This document shows positions 51,136-63,500 of a DNA stretch of 64,000 bases, piece by piece. The notes below the pieces were generated by a model. The model had not been told where the DNA came from, did no database searches, and was given only the letters and a program-made list of their open reading frames with translations. The DNA comes from Eledone cirrhosa (Eukaryota), in assembly GCA_964016885.1 (NCBI GenBank), contig OZ024741.1:80290001-80354000 (forward strand), given 5' to 3'. A program made the translations under genes and the position numbers. Numbering within the stretch: the stretch's first letter is position 1; each line of letters opens with the position of its first letter.

Positions 51136-51315
51136 GTAAGTAAACAAAAAAAGATTAACAGAAAAAAAAAGCTTTTTCTGTGTTCCATGTTGCTGTGATG
51201 GTGGTAGTTGTTCCATTTGCAGATCTGTTGTGATTTTATTAAGGTAGATATTTTGCTTGTAACTGCATTTATTATTCTTAACATAAACACACACACACAT
51301 ACACATTATTTTAGA

Positions 51316-51505
51316 TAGAAATGTTTTCTACAGGGATAGAGCTGTTTTATTTGTTTGAAATCATCAGGCAAACTTTTTCTGATGATTTCAACTGATTGAA
51401 AAAGATCTAGTCATGTAGAAGCCATGTCTATTTGAAATGCATCACTTTCCTTCTATACTCAATGTATTGAGTACCTATTTTAACTATGGTCTCTTTCTGT
51501 TCCCT
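51316..51505 (+). mobile_element. Decayed HHR family 1 element with two oppositely oriented hammerhead remnants
   Basis: tcatcag (51361-51367) and ctgatga (51379-51385) flank a short spacer; both cores are mutated (GAAA lost on -, stem III broken on +). The 3' part is the reverse complement of 20845-20905. Confidence 0.6.
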
Positions 51506-51685
51506 TTTGGGAATTATTATATATATGTATAAAAAATATTTAGTTATACAGACCTCATCAGGTGCAAATACTGCTGTTTCACATGTTATAATGTGTGTGT
51601 GCGTAAAATGTATTTAAATTAATAAGCAAAATATAAAACAGATGCTTATATTCATATCTTAATTTGAATATGTGTATATATATTA

Positions 51686-51880
51686 CGTAACATGGTAAAA
51701 AGCTCCCAGTCCACACTGTAAATGTGGTTGGTGTTAGGAAGGGCATCCAGCTGTAGAAAACCTGCCAGATAGTCCTATACGAGCAAGACACGGTCACCCG
51801 ACCAATCTTGCCTCTAATGGGACAATTCCCGTCTAACTCATGCTAGCGTGGAAGAGACGTTAAACGATGATGATGATGAT
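51686..51880 (+). mobile_element. 5'-truncated copy of the 3' UTR of the LINE at 24630-26013 (shorter tail stubs at 50612-50658, 54845-54960, 55203-55245)
   Basis: Aligns by eye with 25827-26013, including the (GAT)n tail. Confidence 0.85.
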
Positions 51881-52360
51881 ATATATATATATATATAGTT
51901 ATAGTGGTGGTGATAGTGTTACTGGTGATGAATGTAGTTATAAAAGCAGCATTGTTGATTGTGGTTGTTTGTGGATCAGTGATGAATTTTCTTTTCTTTT
52001 CTTTTTTTTTTTCATTGGTTCCTTTTATCCCCTTTCTGTTTTGGGACCGAAGAATGATTCTGTGAACTCCGTCTTAGTAAACATGTAGCCACCCCCCTCT
52101 ATATATGGCACATACTCATACATGTGTGCATACACACACATTCCCATACAAGGATCATTGGAGTTGGCCAGACAGTATGCTAAAGACTTAAAGGGAAAAG
52201 TAGATATTGTCCTGTGGGGGGGAAGGGTATTTTCATCATCATCATTTTCGCTGCTAGTAAGTGTTGGACTAATATATATATATGGTGTGTGTATATATTT
52301 TCCTTATTCAACATGTATAATTTTTCCCTATCCAACAACAAAATACAACCACAAATACAA

Positions 52361-52820
52361 TAAATGTGGTTGGTGTTAGGAAGGACATCAAGCAGCTGAA
52401 ACATCGTCCGGTATGAACTAGGTACGGCATGGGCAACAGGCCAGACTTTCCTCATAAGCGGGACCATCCAGTCCCTGACTGTAAACATGGTTGGTGTTAG
52501 GAAGGACATCCAGCAGCTGTAAAAACCCAGTCAAAACACTGTCCCATATAAACAAGGTCCGCTGTGGCCTACTGGCAAGACCCTCCCCATCACATGAACA
52601 TGCAGTTCCACATTGCAAATGTGGTTGCTGTTAGTAAGGACATCTAGCAGCTGTAAAAGCCTAGCCAAGACACAGTCCCATATGAGCAAGGCATGGTGTG
52701 GCCAACTGGCCAGGCTTGCCTCATAAGGGCGACCACGCTGTCCCACATTGTAAATATGGTTGGTATTAGGAAAGGCATGAAGCAGCTGGAAAATAAGACG
52801 GTAAATGACGATGATGATGA
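52361..52820 (+). repeat. Four-unit tandem array (periods 121, 134, 135 bp) of the LINE/SINE 3' module with a single terminal tail
   Basis: Core taaa..tggttggtgttaggaaggacatc.agcagctg.aaa at 52361, 52482, 52616 and 52751; ends gacggtaaatgacgatgatgatg. Confidence 0.85.
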
Positions 52821-53039
52821 TATATATATATATATATATATAAATGTAATAGGAATATTCGCTCCTGGTAAGGGTTTCATATATGAATTGAATAGGTACA
52901 TGACTTGTAGAGCTAATAATCAATTACCAGCATAAGAACATGGATTGAATACTTCATTAAATAGTGATCTTCTTTGAGATATATATATATATATGAATAA
53001 ATCCCATCCTCATGGTTGAGGGTCAGGACTCTTTGACAC

Positions 53040-53520
53040 CACCACCACTCTTCACTTTTCACCACCCATTTTGGTTTCGTGTTGCAGCCTTAGATTCTGC
53101 CAGTGTCCTCCCTGCCCAGTTCTTGATGTTGTTGGTCCATCTTTGTTTCTGTTGCCCGTGAGCCCATTTTCCATCTACCTAGCCTCTGAAGATGTGTGTG
53201 CAGAGTTCGAGACCCTGGTAACATGGCCAAAATATTGCAATTTTCACTTGACCATTGTCATTGACTTTTGTTGTTCCCATCTCCTCCTGACTCATTTATT
53301 CTATGAGCTGCCCTATTGATCTACACTGCTCTTCTGAAGCACGTTATCTTGAATGCCCTTAGTCATTTGATGTCAGCCACCTATAGAGTCTATGCTTCAC
53401 ACCTATATAATGCTACTGGCCATACCAAGGTTTTCAGAGGTCTTAGCTTGATGCTTTGTTGAGGTCATAAATCTCCATATTGTAATGAGTGACCTTAGTG
53501 CTGATCTTCCTGGACCAAGC
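53040..53520 (-). mobile_element. Decayed BovB-like RTE LINE C-terminal fragment
   Basis: Minus-strand remnants KLQYFGHVT and GQQKQRWTNNIKNWAGRTLAESKAATRNQNGW. Confidence 0.65.
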
Positions 53521-53960
53521 TATGCTCTGATTTCCTTGCTGCCACACACAAACACCATATCCCCAAAAAGGTTGTTTGTCTGGTTGGCATAGAGTTACTG
53601 ATAGACACTCTCTAGCCCTAAGATGCTCTATCTCCTCTCTTTGTCGTTTTTTACCATTACTGCAGTGGCCTCTACTCCTTGGGCCTTGCTGACCATGTAA
53701 AATTTTTGCTCAAATATTCCCGCCTTTCCTCACCTATACTGTCTAGCCTACCAGACCCCGCACTATCCACCACACTCTGTCTTTCCTCCTCCGAACATCA
53801 TCTCCCAGGAATTCATTCCCTGCATATGTCTTTCATGCATGAATCTTATCAGTCTTGGAAAGCCTGCACAGGTCATGGACATAGCCCTTTCTTCCAGGCG
53901 TAGCAAAAAAAAAAAAAAAGAGTTGGTAATTGAAGTGCATATCATTTAATGTGTGTATAT

Positions 53961-54232
53961 GGAGGCACATGGCTTAGTGGTTAGAACATTGGCCTTGTAA
54001 TCGAAAGGTTGTGAGTTCAATTCTCAGACCAGGTGATGTGTTGTTTCCTTGAGCAAGACACTTTATTTCACATTGCTCCAGTTTACTCAGCTGTAGAAAT
54101 GAGATGATAGGACTGGGTTCCCTATCATTCCACTGTAAAGTGGTCGTGGAGTTGCCACGGCAAAGAAGCACCCACCCTACACTGTAAAGTGGACGTGCAA
54201 GCAGGGAAAAGCAGACGTAAAATGATGATGAT
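53961..54232 (+). mobile_element. SINE family A copy with internal deletion
   Basis: Near-identical to 32558-32785, then jumps to the tail. Confidence 0.9.
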
Positions 54233-55420
54233 ATGCAAGCAACAATGTTTGTATGTGTGCATCATCACTACACAAACATACATATCTATATATATATATG
54301 CACATATACATATTGTCTTTTTTTTTCCTTTAATGAAATAACTTTTGATGTACGTGTAGAGTAAGAAAGTGTTCCAGTGTAGAAAGAGAAAGAAGATATG
54401 AAAAAAGACAGAAATACATAGTAATGGAGAGAGAGAGTGTTAGTTGTGTCAACAACATAACAGTAGGATGTCTGAAGAAAAGGAAAAAGATGTATAGAAG
54501 AGAAATAGGTAGCAATAGAGAGAGAGAGTGAATGAATTATGGGAAAAGTATAAAGAACAGCCAGAAGAGGAGGAACAAAAGATTATTACATAAAAATGAG
54601 TCAGGGTTGGAGGAATGGATTTAAATATATATTTGGAAAATGAAATTTACAGCTCACATCTATGTAGATTTAGATAGCCGCTTATGGACCTTTAACGATA
54701 TGGGTCCCAGTCCTAATATGAAATGAAGTGTTCTATGTGCTACTCAGTCTTGGAATTGAAGCCACGACCATTTATATATATGTGTGTGTACCTCCAGTTT
54801 AGAATAAGTGCACTGCATCTCTGTTTTTTTTATAAGAAACGACTAAAATGGTTGGTATCAGGAAGGGCATCTGGCTGTAAAAAACATTGCCTCAAAATGT
54901 ACTGTTCAACCAATGCCAGGATGGGAAATAAATCAATGTAAAAATGAAGATGATGATGATATATACACATACATGTGTGTGTGTATATGTAAATATGACA
55001 TAACCAGGACACCTATTAGATGCTACACACTTATCATATATTTATATATATATATATATATATATATACTGATGCCGGTGATCTTTGGTGGTGTTTGCTG
55101 CCTTGTCTGTATTCCTAACTATTTGAAGTTTCTCAATTGCTTAATTAATTGAACCCTCATTATATATATAAACCATACGCAGTCCCACAGACCTTCCTTT
55201 ATTGCAAGCAGGGAAAAGCGGACGTAAAATGATGATGATGATGATATCTATATATATATATATATATATATATTTTGAGTATATGTTGGTTGTATACCAG
55301 CACCTCAGTATGCAGGCTGGATCACTCGACGAAGTGCGCAGGTTGGTCTGGTTACTCCGGAGTAATGTAAAATAAAGTAAAATAAATAAGTCAAATGTTT
55401 AAAATTTAGCTTCGTTTATT

Positions 55421-55475
55421 ACTGCTATATATATTTCGGTGACAGCCATCTTTGGCTGTGACCTCTTCAGGCAGT
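55421..55475 (-). ncRNA. Minimal type I hammerhead ribozyme fold (family 3)
   Basis: Minus strand: actgc-CTGAAGA-ggtcacagcca[aaga]tggctgtcacc-GAA-ATATATAT-A-gcagt. Stem II has 10 of 11 bp paired with a G-C closing pair; palindromic stem III. Confidence 0.85.
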
Positions 55476-55522
55476 CCGAATTAGTGTGGTATAGACAAGT
55501 ACATATGTTGTTGAGGTGTATA

Positions 55523-55584
55523 ATTTTGTCAATACTCTGATATGCCCAGTTCCTGAACTGGGCATATCAGAGTATTGACAAAAT
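55523..55584. repeat. Perfect hairpin with 30-bp arms and a 2-nt loop
   Basis: attttgtcaatactctgatatgcccagttc-ct-gaactgggcatatcagagtattgacaaaat. Confidence 0.95.
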
Positions 55585-56484
55585 ATATATATAGAGAGAG
55601 AGAGAGAGTGAGAGAGTTGGAGAGAATAAAAATATGAATTAGCAAATAAAATGTTCAATAAAAAAATTTATGAAGATTTTCAATGTTGAAAATTTTCTGC
55701 TGTCAGTCCCCAATCCAATGAAGATACAAAAAAAAATAGAGAAAGCTGTATTATTAAAAGTATACATTTGTGACCATTATGGAATAGAATATATAGTCAA
55801 AAGGAATTAATTATAATGAAATCAAAGGAAACGTTTTTCTCAACATTATACTGTTCGGCTTCCATGTTTATTCTAAATGATTTGGATATTTTTTGACTTT
55901 TGTCTTAATGGATTTCTCCCTCTTATTTGATTCTTTAATGCTTAATTAGCAATTATATATTTTCATTTCTTCTCTCTCTGTCTCTCTCATATATATATAT
56001 ATAAACTGAAGTGCATATAACATGTAAGGAAGAAGAGGAGTTTATACCTGATTTGTAGAGTATGCAACATCAGTTGTTTGGGAAATGGCTACAGACTTTC
56101 TTGCACCATATGATAATTATACATTATCTTCAGTTTTTTTCTGGAACTAAGACTATCATCATAATCCATGACCGAAAGTCATTTTTACCAACACCTATCC
56201 ATTCCAAAATTGATTTAATGGTATTAGTGAAAATGTTATTAACATACAAATGAAATTTTAATTTTTCATATAATGAATATATATATGCATGTTCTGTTGT
56301 TTCATATTGCAAAATAAATTTTAGAATGTTAGATGAGAGTTTTTTTTCATGTGTACAGAAAATGTGTGTATGTATGTTGATAAACTGGATTATTTCTTGA
56401 AGGTTTTGTTTGGTTGACGTTAATTAAGTATCCTCGTCTGAGTGTGAGATAACGAAATGGTGTGGGCAGATGTGGGCTCCAGTA

Positions 56485-57640
56485 CAAAGGCCAAAGGTGA
56501 TGTTCTAGAAAGGAGCAACTATAGACGAATAAAACTAAAGGACTAAGTTACTAAGTTATGAAAGTAACAGAAAGAGTTACAGCACAGCTAATTGGGGAAA
56601 GGGTCAAATTAGATGAGAAGCAGTTTGGTTTCATACTTGGGAAAAGTACTACAGATGCATTCTTCTTAGTGAAACAACTACAAGAGAAGTTCCTAGCCAA
56701 GAATAAGCCTCTATTTGTTATTCTAGAAAAGGCGTTTGAAAGAGTAACTCGGTCTATTATCTGGTGATCCTTAAGAGAATTAGGTGTAGACGAATGGCTT
56801 GTGAGAATAGGAAATGAGTTTAGTGAGGAATTTAAGGTACAGGTAGGAGTTCATCAAGGCTCAGTTTTTAGCACACTGCTGCTCATCATAGTTCTTCAGG
56901 CCATAACAGAAGAGTTTAAAATGGGCTGTCCATGGGAGCTTCTCTATGCAGGTGATTTGGTCCCTATAGCTGAAACAAAAAAAAGAGCTAGAAAATAAAT
57001 TCCGGTTATGGATTTGAATTTGGATTTCCAAATGCCTGAGAGCAAACTTAATCAAAACTAAAGTGCTAGTGTGTAGCAGAAAAGACAAAACCCAAATTCC
57101 CTCAGGAAAGTGGCCATGTTTAATATGCAGAAAAGGAGTAAGCATAAACCCATGTAAATATTGGGTACACAAAAGATGTGTGATAACAAGTAGCCTAACA
57201 TGAAGGGAGAACTTTGCTTGTAGAAGATGCACAGGAGAAATTGAGAGGAAGATTGCTAATGATATAAACCTTTTCCAGTCACAGGAAGAATCTATAGATG
57301 TGGTTGATAGCTTCTGCTATCTAGGTGACCTAATTAGTAGCAGAGGAGAGTGCGCCGAGGGTATAATAGCTACATTAAGGATAGGATGGAAGAAATATAG
57401 AGAACTGTTCCCACTGCTGACATCATAAGGTTTCTCCCTACATACAAAAGAAGGCTGTGTGCAGTGCAGCCAAACATGGGCTGTGATCGCAGAGGACAAG
57501 CATAGGCTGGAGAAAAATGAAACATGTTTTGTTAGATGTGCAATGTGAGACAAAGACAGAGCTTGGATAAGCTGAGAGAGAAGCTGGGCTTAAGGGGAAT
57601 CCAAGATGGTGTGCAGGAGAGAAGACTGCGTTGGTATTGA
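56485..57640 (+). mobile_element. Decayed RTE/BovB-like LINE (PHD-insert family), 3' end replaced by a SINE
   Basis: QFGFILGKSTTDA, LEKAFERV, GVHQGSVFSTLL, WELLYAGDL, GKWPCLICRKG, WVHKRC. Confidence 0.85.
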
Positions 57641-57809
57641 CAAGGCCAGCAATTATCCCAGTTATTACTGGTACTTTATTTTATCGACCCTGTAAGGATG
57701 AAAGGCAAAGTTAACCTCGGCGTGATTTGAATTCAGATCATAAAGGGGCGTAACACTATGCTGCAAAGCATGGCGTCCGACCCTCTACCGATACTGCCAA
57801 TCCACCACC
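57640..57809 (-). mobile_element. SINE family B copy lacking its 3' tail
   Basis: Matches 3168-3335 with several CpG transitions. Confidence 0.85.
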
Positions 57810-59285
57810 CTAATAATAATACCAATAGAAATTCAGATATACTTGTATTGGTGCCCATAATAATGTTTTCTTAGAATTTCTCTTTCTCTTGATAAAATCT
57901 CAAATAAAGGTAAGTCGGAAGATTGAGTTTACAATATTAATTTTGTAGCCTTTAAAATAAATCAATGAATTCTAAAATGCTAAAAGCTGTTCTAAATAAA
58001 TATACATCTGCTGTTTTTACCAAACATTCTACCATACCAGCTTTTCCTGTGTGCATCATCATCATGATTTGATGTCTGTTATCCCAGACTTGTGTTCTTT
58101 TTTGTAAAAGATATTACAACTGGATTTGAGAAGTTAAACTTTTTACAATTTAAGCACGTTTCCTTTGTGTATCCTTCTCATATTTTAAAATAATATTCAG
58201 TTATGTATTAGGTGTAAGCATATCTCTAGCTAAAAAGTTTGCTTCATAACTACGTGGCTTAGAATTCGATCTCACTATTTGGTATCTAGGGCAATTGCTC
58301 TAATATAGCATTGGGTGACCAATATCTTGTGAATGAATTTGGTAAGGGGAAACTGTCTTTTATTTTCAGGTATAATGTATCTACAACTACATACCCAATA
58401 TGTTCTTTTTTATATACAGTGGTAGGAAGTAACTACTATATCTAGCAGATCAACAGCTTATCTTGAGGCTCCTAAATTAGCTCGACATGCAGTACATTTT
58501 TCTATATATGTATAAGCAACTGCCCACTGTCAATAATGTGAAATTTGAAGTGTGATTGGACTTTCAATATATTGAATCTTAATGTTTTCATGTGCTGCAT
58601 TAATTTGCCATTTCTGTCTATTAGAGCTGTGTGGGATTGTTGCTGTTGACTATTATTGGAGTTTCAGTGTATTTATTTTATGTTCTATTGTTTTCTTGTG
58701 TTTATTCAATAGACCGCCATGTTCATATGTTGGCTACTTAGAATTCTTGTTGTTTTTTCGCATGAATCTCTCTCATTTGAGTATTTTTGAGAACTTTCTT
58801 ATTACGTAATTCAAATATTTTCATAATTGATTCTTCTAACCTATGGAAATCAGGGATAAAATGAAACATTAAGGTTGATGATGGCATTGAAATAAATTTG
58901 GTTTATTGATATATTACAGAATCTTTTGGGGGAGTTTCTTTTTCATTTTCTAAATAGGAGAATAATGTAAGTTGATTGCAAAATATAAAATGCAAATTAA
59001 TGTGATTTAATTAATAATGAAATTAATTTATTTTATTTTTTGTCTACTGTAGCTTGTAAATATGCAGATGTATTGTTTGAAGAATTACTACTTTATATTG
59101 AAAAACTATTATGTTACTGAAGTATGTTTAAAATAGATTTGTGTTTCGTTTTAATATGTTGAAAACTATCAAACTTCATAGCATGAGTACTGTTTCCAAT
59201 TGTTGTTTAGCCCCCAGGTTTGCTCTTATTCAATAGATCCATGATAAAACATGTTCCAACCATGACTGTCAAATCTTTTCATATG

Positions 59286-59353
<68 letters not shown>

Positions 59354-60374
59354 GATATATTTGTATAACCACATAAATATATATACGCATATCTATGATA
59401 TAGGCATGTAAATGTGCCAGAAAATACAAATTATATAGTAAGAATTGCACTAGCTGCCGAAGTGTATGATAAAGTTATATCTGTATAAATACAGAGTGTG
59501 TAACTGAGACTACACCAATGTCAACAATGCTCGTGTTTCATGGCCAGCGTCTCCGTGGATTTGAATGCTGGTTTACACACACATATATAATAATCTATAT
59601 CTATATAATGTAAAAAATTGGAACTCCATCTTCCTTTTGAGGAACCTGGACTCACTACATCTATGCAATGGCACATAGTTGGGCTCCTCGGTTAATTGAA
59701 GATAAATGACTTGATAGTGTTCAAGTGTATATGAAATGTTACCATTTTAGGGAAGCTGAGAATAAATAAGACAGCAAGTTAGTTATGGAGAGTAATGGTG
59801 GTAAAGATGGATTTTGAAAATCATTCTTTTACTCTCAATAAAATATTAAAAAAACAGTCCAGAGCAGTGGATTGACAGAGCTGTTAAAGCATCAAACAAA
59901 ATTCTTTGTGTTATTTGTTCTGGTCCATTGCGTTTTTTTTTTTTTTTTTGTTTTGTTTTTTTGTACTTGAAATCCTGCTGTGACATATTTGGATCGTAGT
60001 CCTAATCTGTCACATGGTTCAAACACTGCTACCTAACCCTTGGACACTTTTAGCAGAGTCTACTCTGTTGCAAGCATTCCAGCCAGACCTTGCTTGTAGA
60101 TACCTTCCTTCCACCAGTTGCAGAAACCCTGAAAATGGTCATAGGCACTGCCATTCTCTCTCTAACTAAACAATAAAATAAAGTAAAAAGGATTTGATAC
60201 TGATAATCATTGGATAAAGAAGTGTTGAAAGTACACTAACAGTTGTGTTAGACTACATGAAAACTGACTAGTTGTGGTGAAACAAAGCTCTATGTAGTTG
60301 CTTAAATTGCTAGCAACAGCTAACAAATCTCCCTGTAACTACTCCTTACTGTTAAAGATGCACTGATTATTTAA

Positions 60375-60560
60375 CCCTTTAGCATTTACTTTACTCTATA
60401 TTTACTATTGTATTTTCACGGTAAACACTTTATCTCACATAATATCGAATCTACGAGATTTTGATATTATTTATTTTGAGAATAACACCTTAACATAAGT
60501 ATGAGCAGCCGGTTTGAACAGAAAGAGGTGAGAGAATTCTGGCCGGATATGGCTGGTTTA
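60375..60560. mobile_element. Second, inverted and truncated copy of the TTAA MITE
   Basis: TTAA-ccctttagcatt..; reverse complement of 24320-24506. Confidence 0.7.
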
Positions 60561-63500
60561 TGTCTTAGATATACTATATCTAAAAAAGGAAAATGAGTTG
60601 TTTAACAGTTGGAACACCTTTGACCATGTGCTTGCTTGGTCAGGGTTGACTGAGAACTAAACATAAACAAATCCTACTATTACAGTTATCCACATTATCA
60701 AGGATGTCTCTGTATAGTTGCTTGACTTGTTAGAAACATCAGCCAAATCTCATGCAACCCACACTACATTTTTTTTTTTCAAGTTATGGACACATTAGAT
60801 GATGTAGTCCTTGATGCATTGTCTGAGAATAAGAGTGGATGGTCACAACTAGAAAACCCTAAATCATAGACCTGTTTGATTGGGGTTTCAGTTGAGAAAC
60901 AGTTATGTTGGATCTGGAAACCTTGGTCCATGAATAACATAGAACATACATGATTGAGAAGCATGGCAATATGCCATAGTACAATTGCATTCAATTAATC
61001 CACACCAGCTTTGCAGAGACAGATGTTAAGATGATGACAATGCTGCTGATGATGATGAGGAGGAGGATGAGAAGGATTATAAGGATGATGAATATTTGTA
61101 GCTTAAGTGGCTGTTTTTATATAACTTTGAAGAATATATTACATTTATTCTTGAAAACAATATACTTTTGGTTTTATCATTGTTACTCTCTTACTCTCAC
61201 TCTTTGCTCTTTCTCTCACTCTCTCCTACCACCACTATTCCACATATTTTCTTTCTTTTCACATTCTCCTGATTCAGGTAATATTTATCAAAACAATGAT
61301 CTTATAAGTATTGTCATTTCATTTCAATTTTTTGAGTATTTTTATTCCATATTTATATTTACTTTAATATATATATATTTTGTACATTATATATTTAAGT
61401 ATATATATGTATGTTATATATATATATATTATATTTAAGTATATATGTGTGTATTTAGTATGAAATATATGAAATTACATAAAATCTCTAAATCTTACTG
61501 CACCATTTGAATAAGAATTGAGTGTTTTAATTTATTTTTAGACAAAATCAAATCATGTAATGCATTCTTTTACTTAAGATAAGAATTTTCATCTTTTGAC
61601 TTAAAAAATAGTTTCAGCAACAATTTTTTGTTTAAAGATTTACTTCAAATAATGTAGGTTTTGGAAAATGTAAGCTGCATTTTTTTTTTTTCTGTTTTTT
61701 TCTCTCTTTTTCTCTCTCTCCTCTGCCTAAGACTTAATCCAGAACAATAATAGAGCATGGAATGGTTTTTGGAAGACCACGTTAAAAATTTATGTTGTCT
61801 TATTTTTTCTTTTCTTATTTTTCATTCAATAACACTATTATTTCTTTATTGAGAATATTTCATAATTGCATTGGTTATACTTGTATGTATGTACATACAC
61901 CCATATTATAACACAAGTGTTTTAAGGCTATTTCCCCTGCTGTAGCAGGAGTTAGCATCACAGGTCACATGACATACTTCATATTCATCATGAGGTCCTT
62001 TCTGAGATAATATTTTATGACTAGATGTCCTTCCTTATACCAATCCTTTTAGTTTTAATCCCTTCTCATTATATGGAAGGATACCATATACCTTGTGTGT
62101 GTGTAATGTCTATATGTAAGTTGTTGTGTGTGTGTATGTATATATTGGACATAGCATTATCTAATGTTCCTTTGAAAATAGTAAAGAAACGTTATTGCAA
62201 TATAGGACCTGCTGTTGTCCAGGGTTTAAAAAAATAGTCTCAAAACCAGAGTGTTCACGTAGAGAGACTATCTTGATGTTTGGCAGCAGCAGCTTCCTTG
62301 GGGGCGGATAGGTACACAGGTTCTCACCTGACTCACACTTTCGGCTCTAGGATATTTTCTAATCACACTCCAGTGACTGCTTCTGCTTGCAGGCTAAACA
62401 TAGTGTGGGACTGAATACTTGGAGATGGGCATTGCAAAACTTTTCTATGTTAGATGCATAATCAAACATCTAGAGTGACACTCTAACAGTTAACTGCACT
62501 AGTTACAGGAAGTTGATTTATTGATATGTGTGTGTTTATGTATGTATATATGTATATCATTTTGTATTTGCTTTGAAAGATTCTGATGTGAAAGTTTATG
62601 TTGAAACAGATATTGTTATACTTTGGGAGATTCATACTGCCAATAAAAACACTTGCACTATTTGAGTTTCACTTTGGTTTTATTATTAGTCAGGTAACTA
62701 ATCCATTTATCTGTTGGTTTAGTAATAGGGTGTTTATTTATTGGCAAAGCTCTTTTGTCACAAATTCTGTGAACTTCTCAATGCCTATTTTGGCACCCTG
62801 TCTCTTCTTCCTTTCAGTTCTGTTCTAGTTATTTCATCTTGTCTTTCTATGGTCTGTTTGGTATCCATCTGTAAAAACACTGTCTCAAAATGTCTTGTCC
62901 AACTCCTGCTAGCTTGAAAAAAATAGATGTAAAATTACTGATTACACTGTATGCTTAAACAAACATATGATGTAGTTAAGCAAAGTATGTTTGTCATCTG
63001 ATGGTTTGTTAGTTCCTGGTGGTTTTCAGAGTTATCTCTATCTCTTGACTGAGCACTTTCTTTCTATTCACATAACTATTGGAAATAGGTAACTAACTCC
63101 TGTAGGTTACGACTCTTTGTGTTAAGGGTTGACCTCTTATATAGATGTATGGAGTATGATTGTCTTTATCAGTCTACCACAGATATCTGAAAGTAAGTTC
63201 AGGCTTCACAAGCCCATTTGTGTTGCTATGCAATCAGATTACACTTTAGAGTGGCTCTTTTCAAAATATATATTCAAAATGTCATCGAATTATTGATAAA
63301 TTTTAATTTCAAACATTTTAATACATTTATTTAAGGCTTTCTAATATACTTAATTTTAGCCCTTTTTACAAGATTTTTATTCTTTCATTTTTCCTTTTAA
63401 TTGTCATGGTTGTTATTAAGTTTTAGCTAATAGATTTATGTGGTTGAATGCTTCTGAAATGATCCACAATGTTTCTAACCTATAACATATTTTGATTTAT

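Noticed and set aside
51545-51595. GAAAcagcagTA followed by CTGATGA on the minus strand
   Set aside because: Motifs are in permuted order with no convincing stem I or II; at best a remnant.
52361-52820. CRISPR-like repeat-spacer array
   Set aside because: Eukaryotic context with no cas genes; the linkers are long and homologous to each other and to a LINE 3' UTR.
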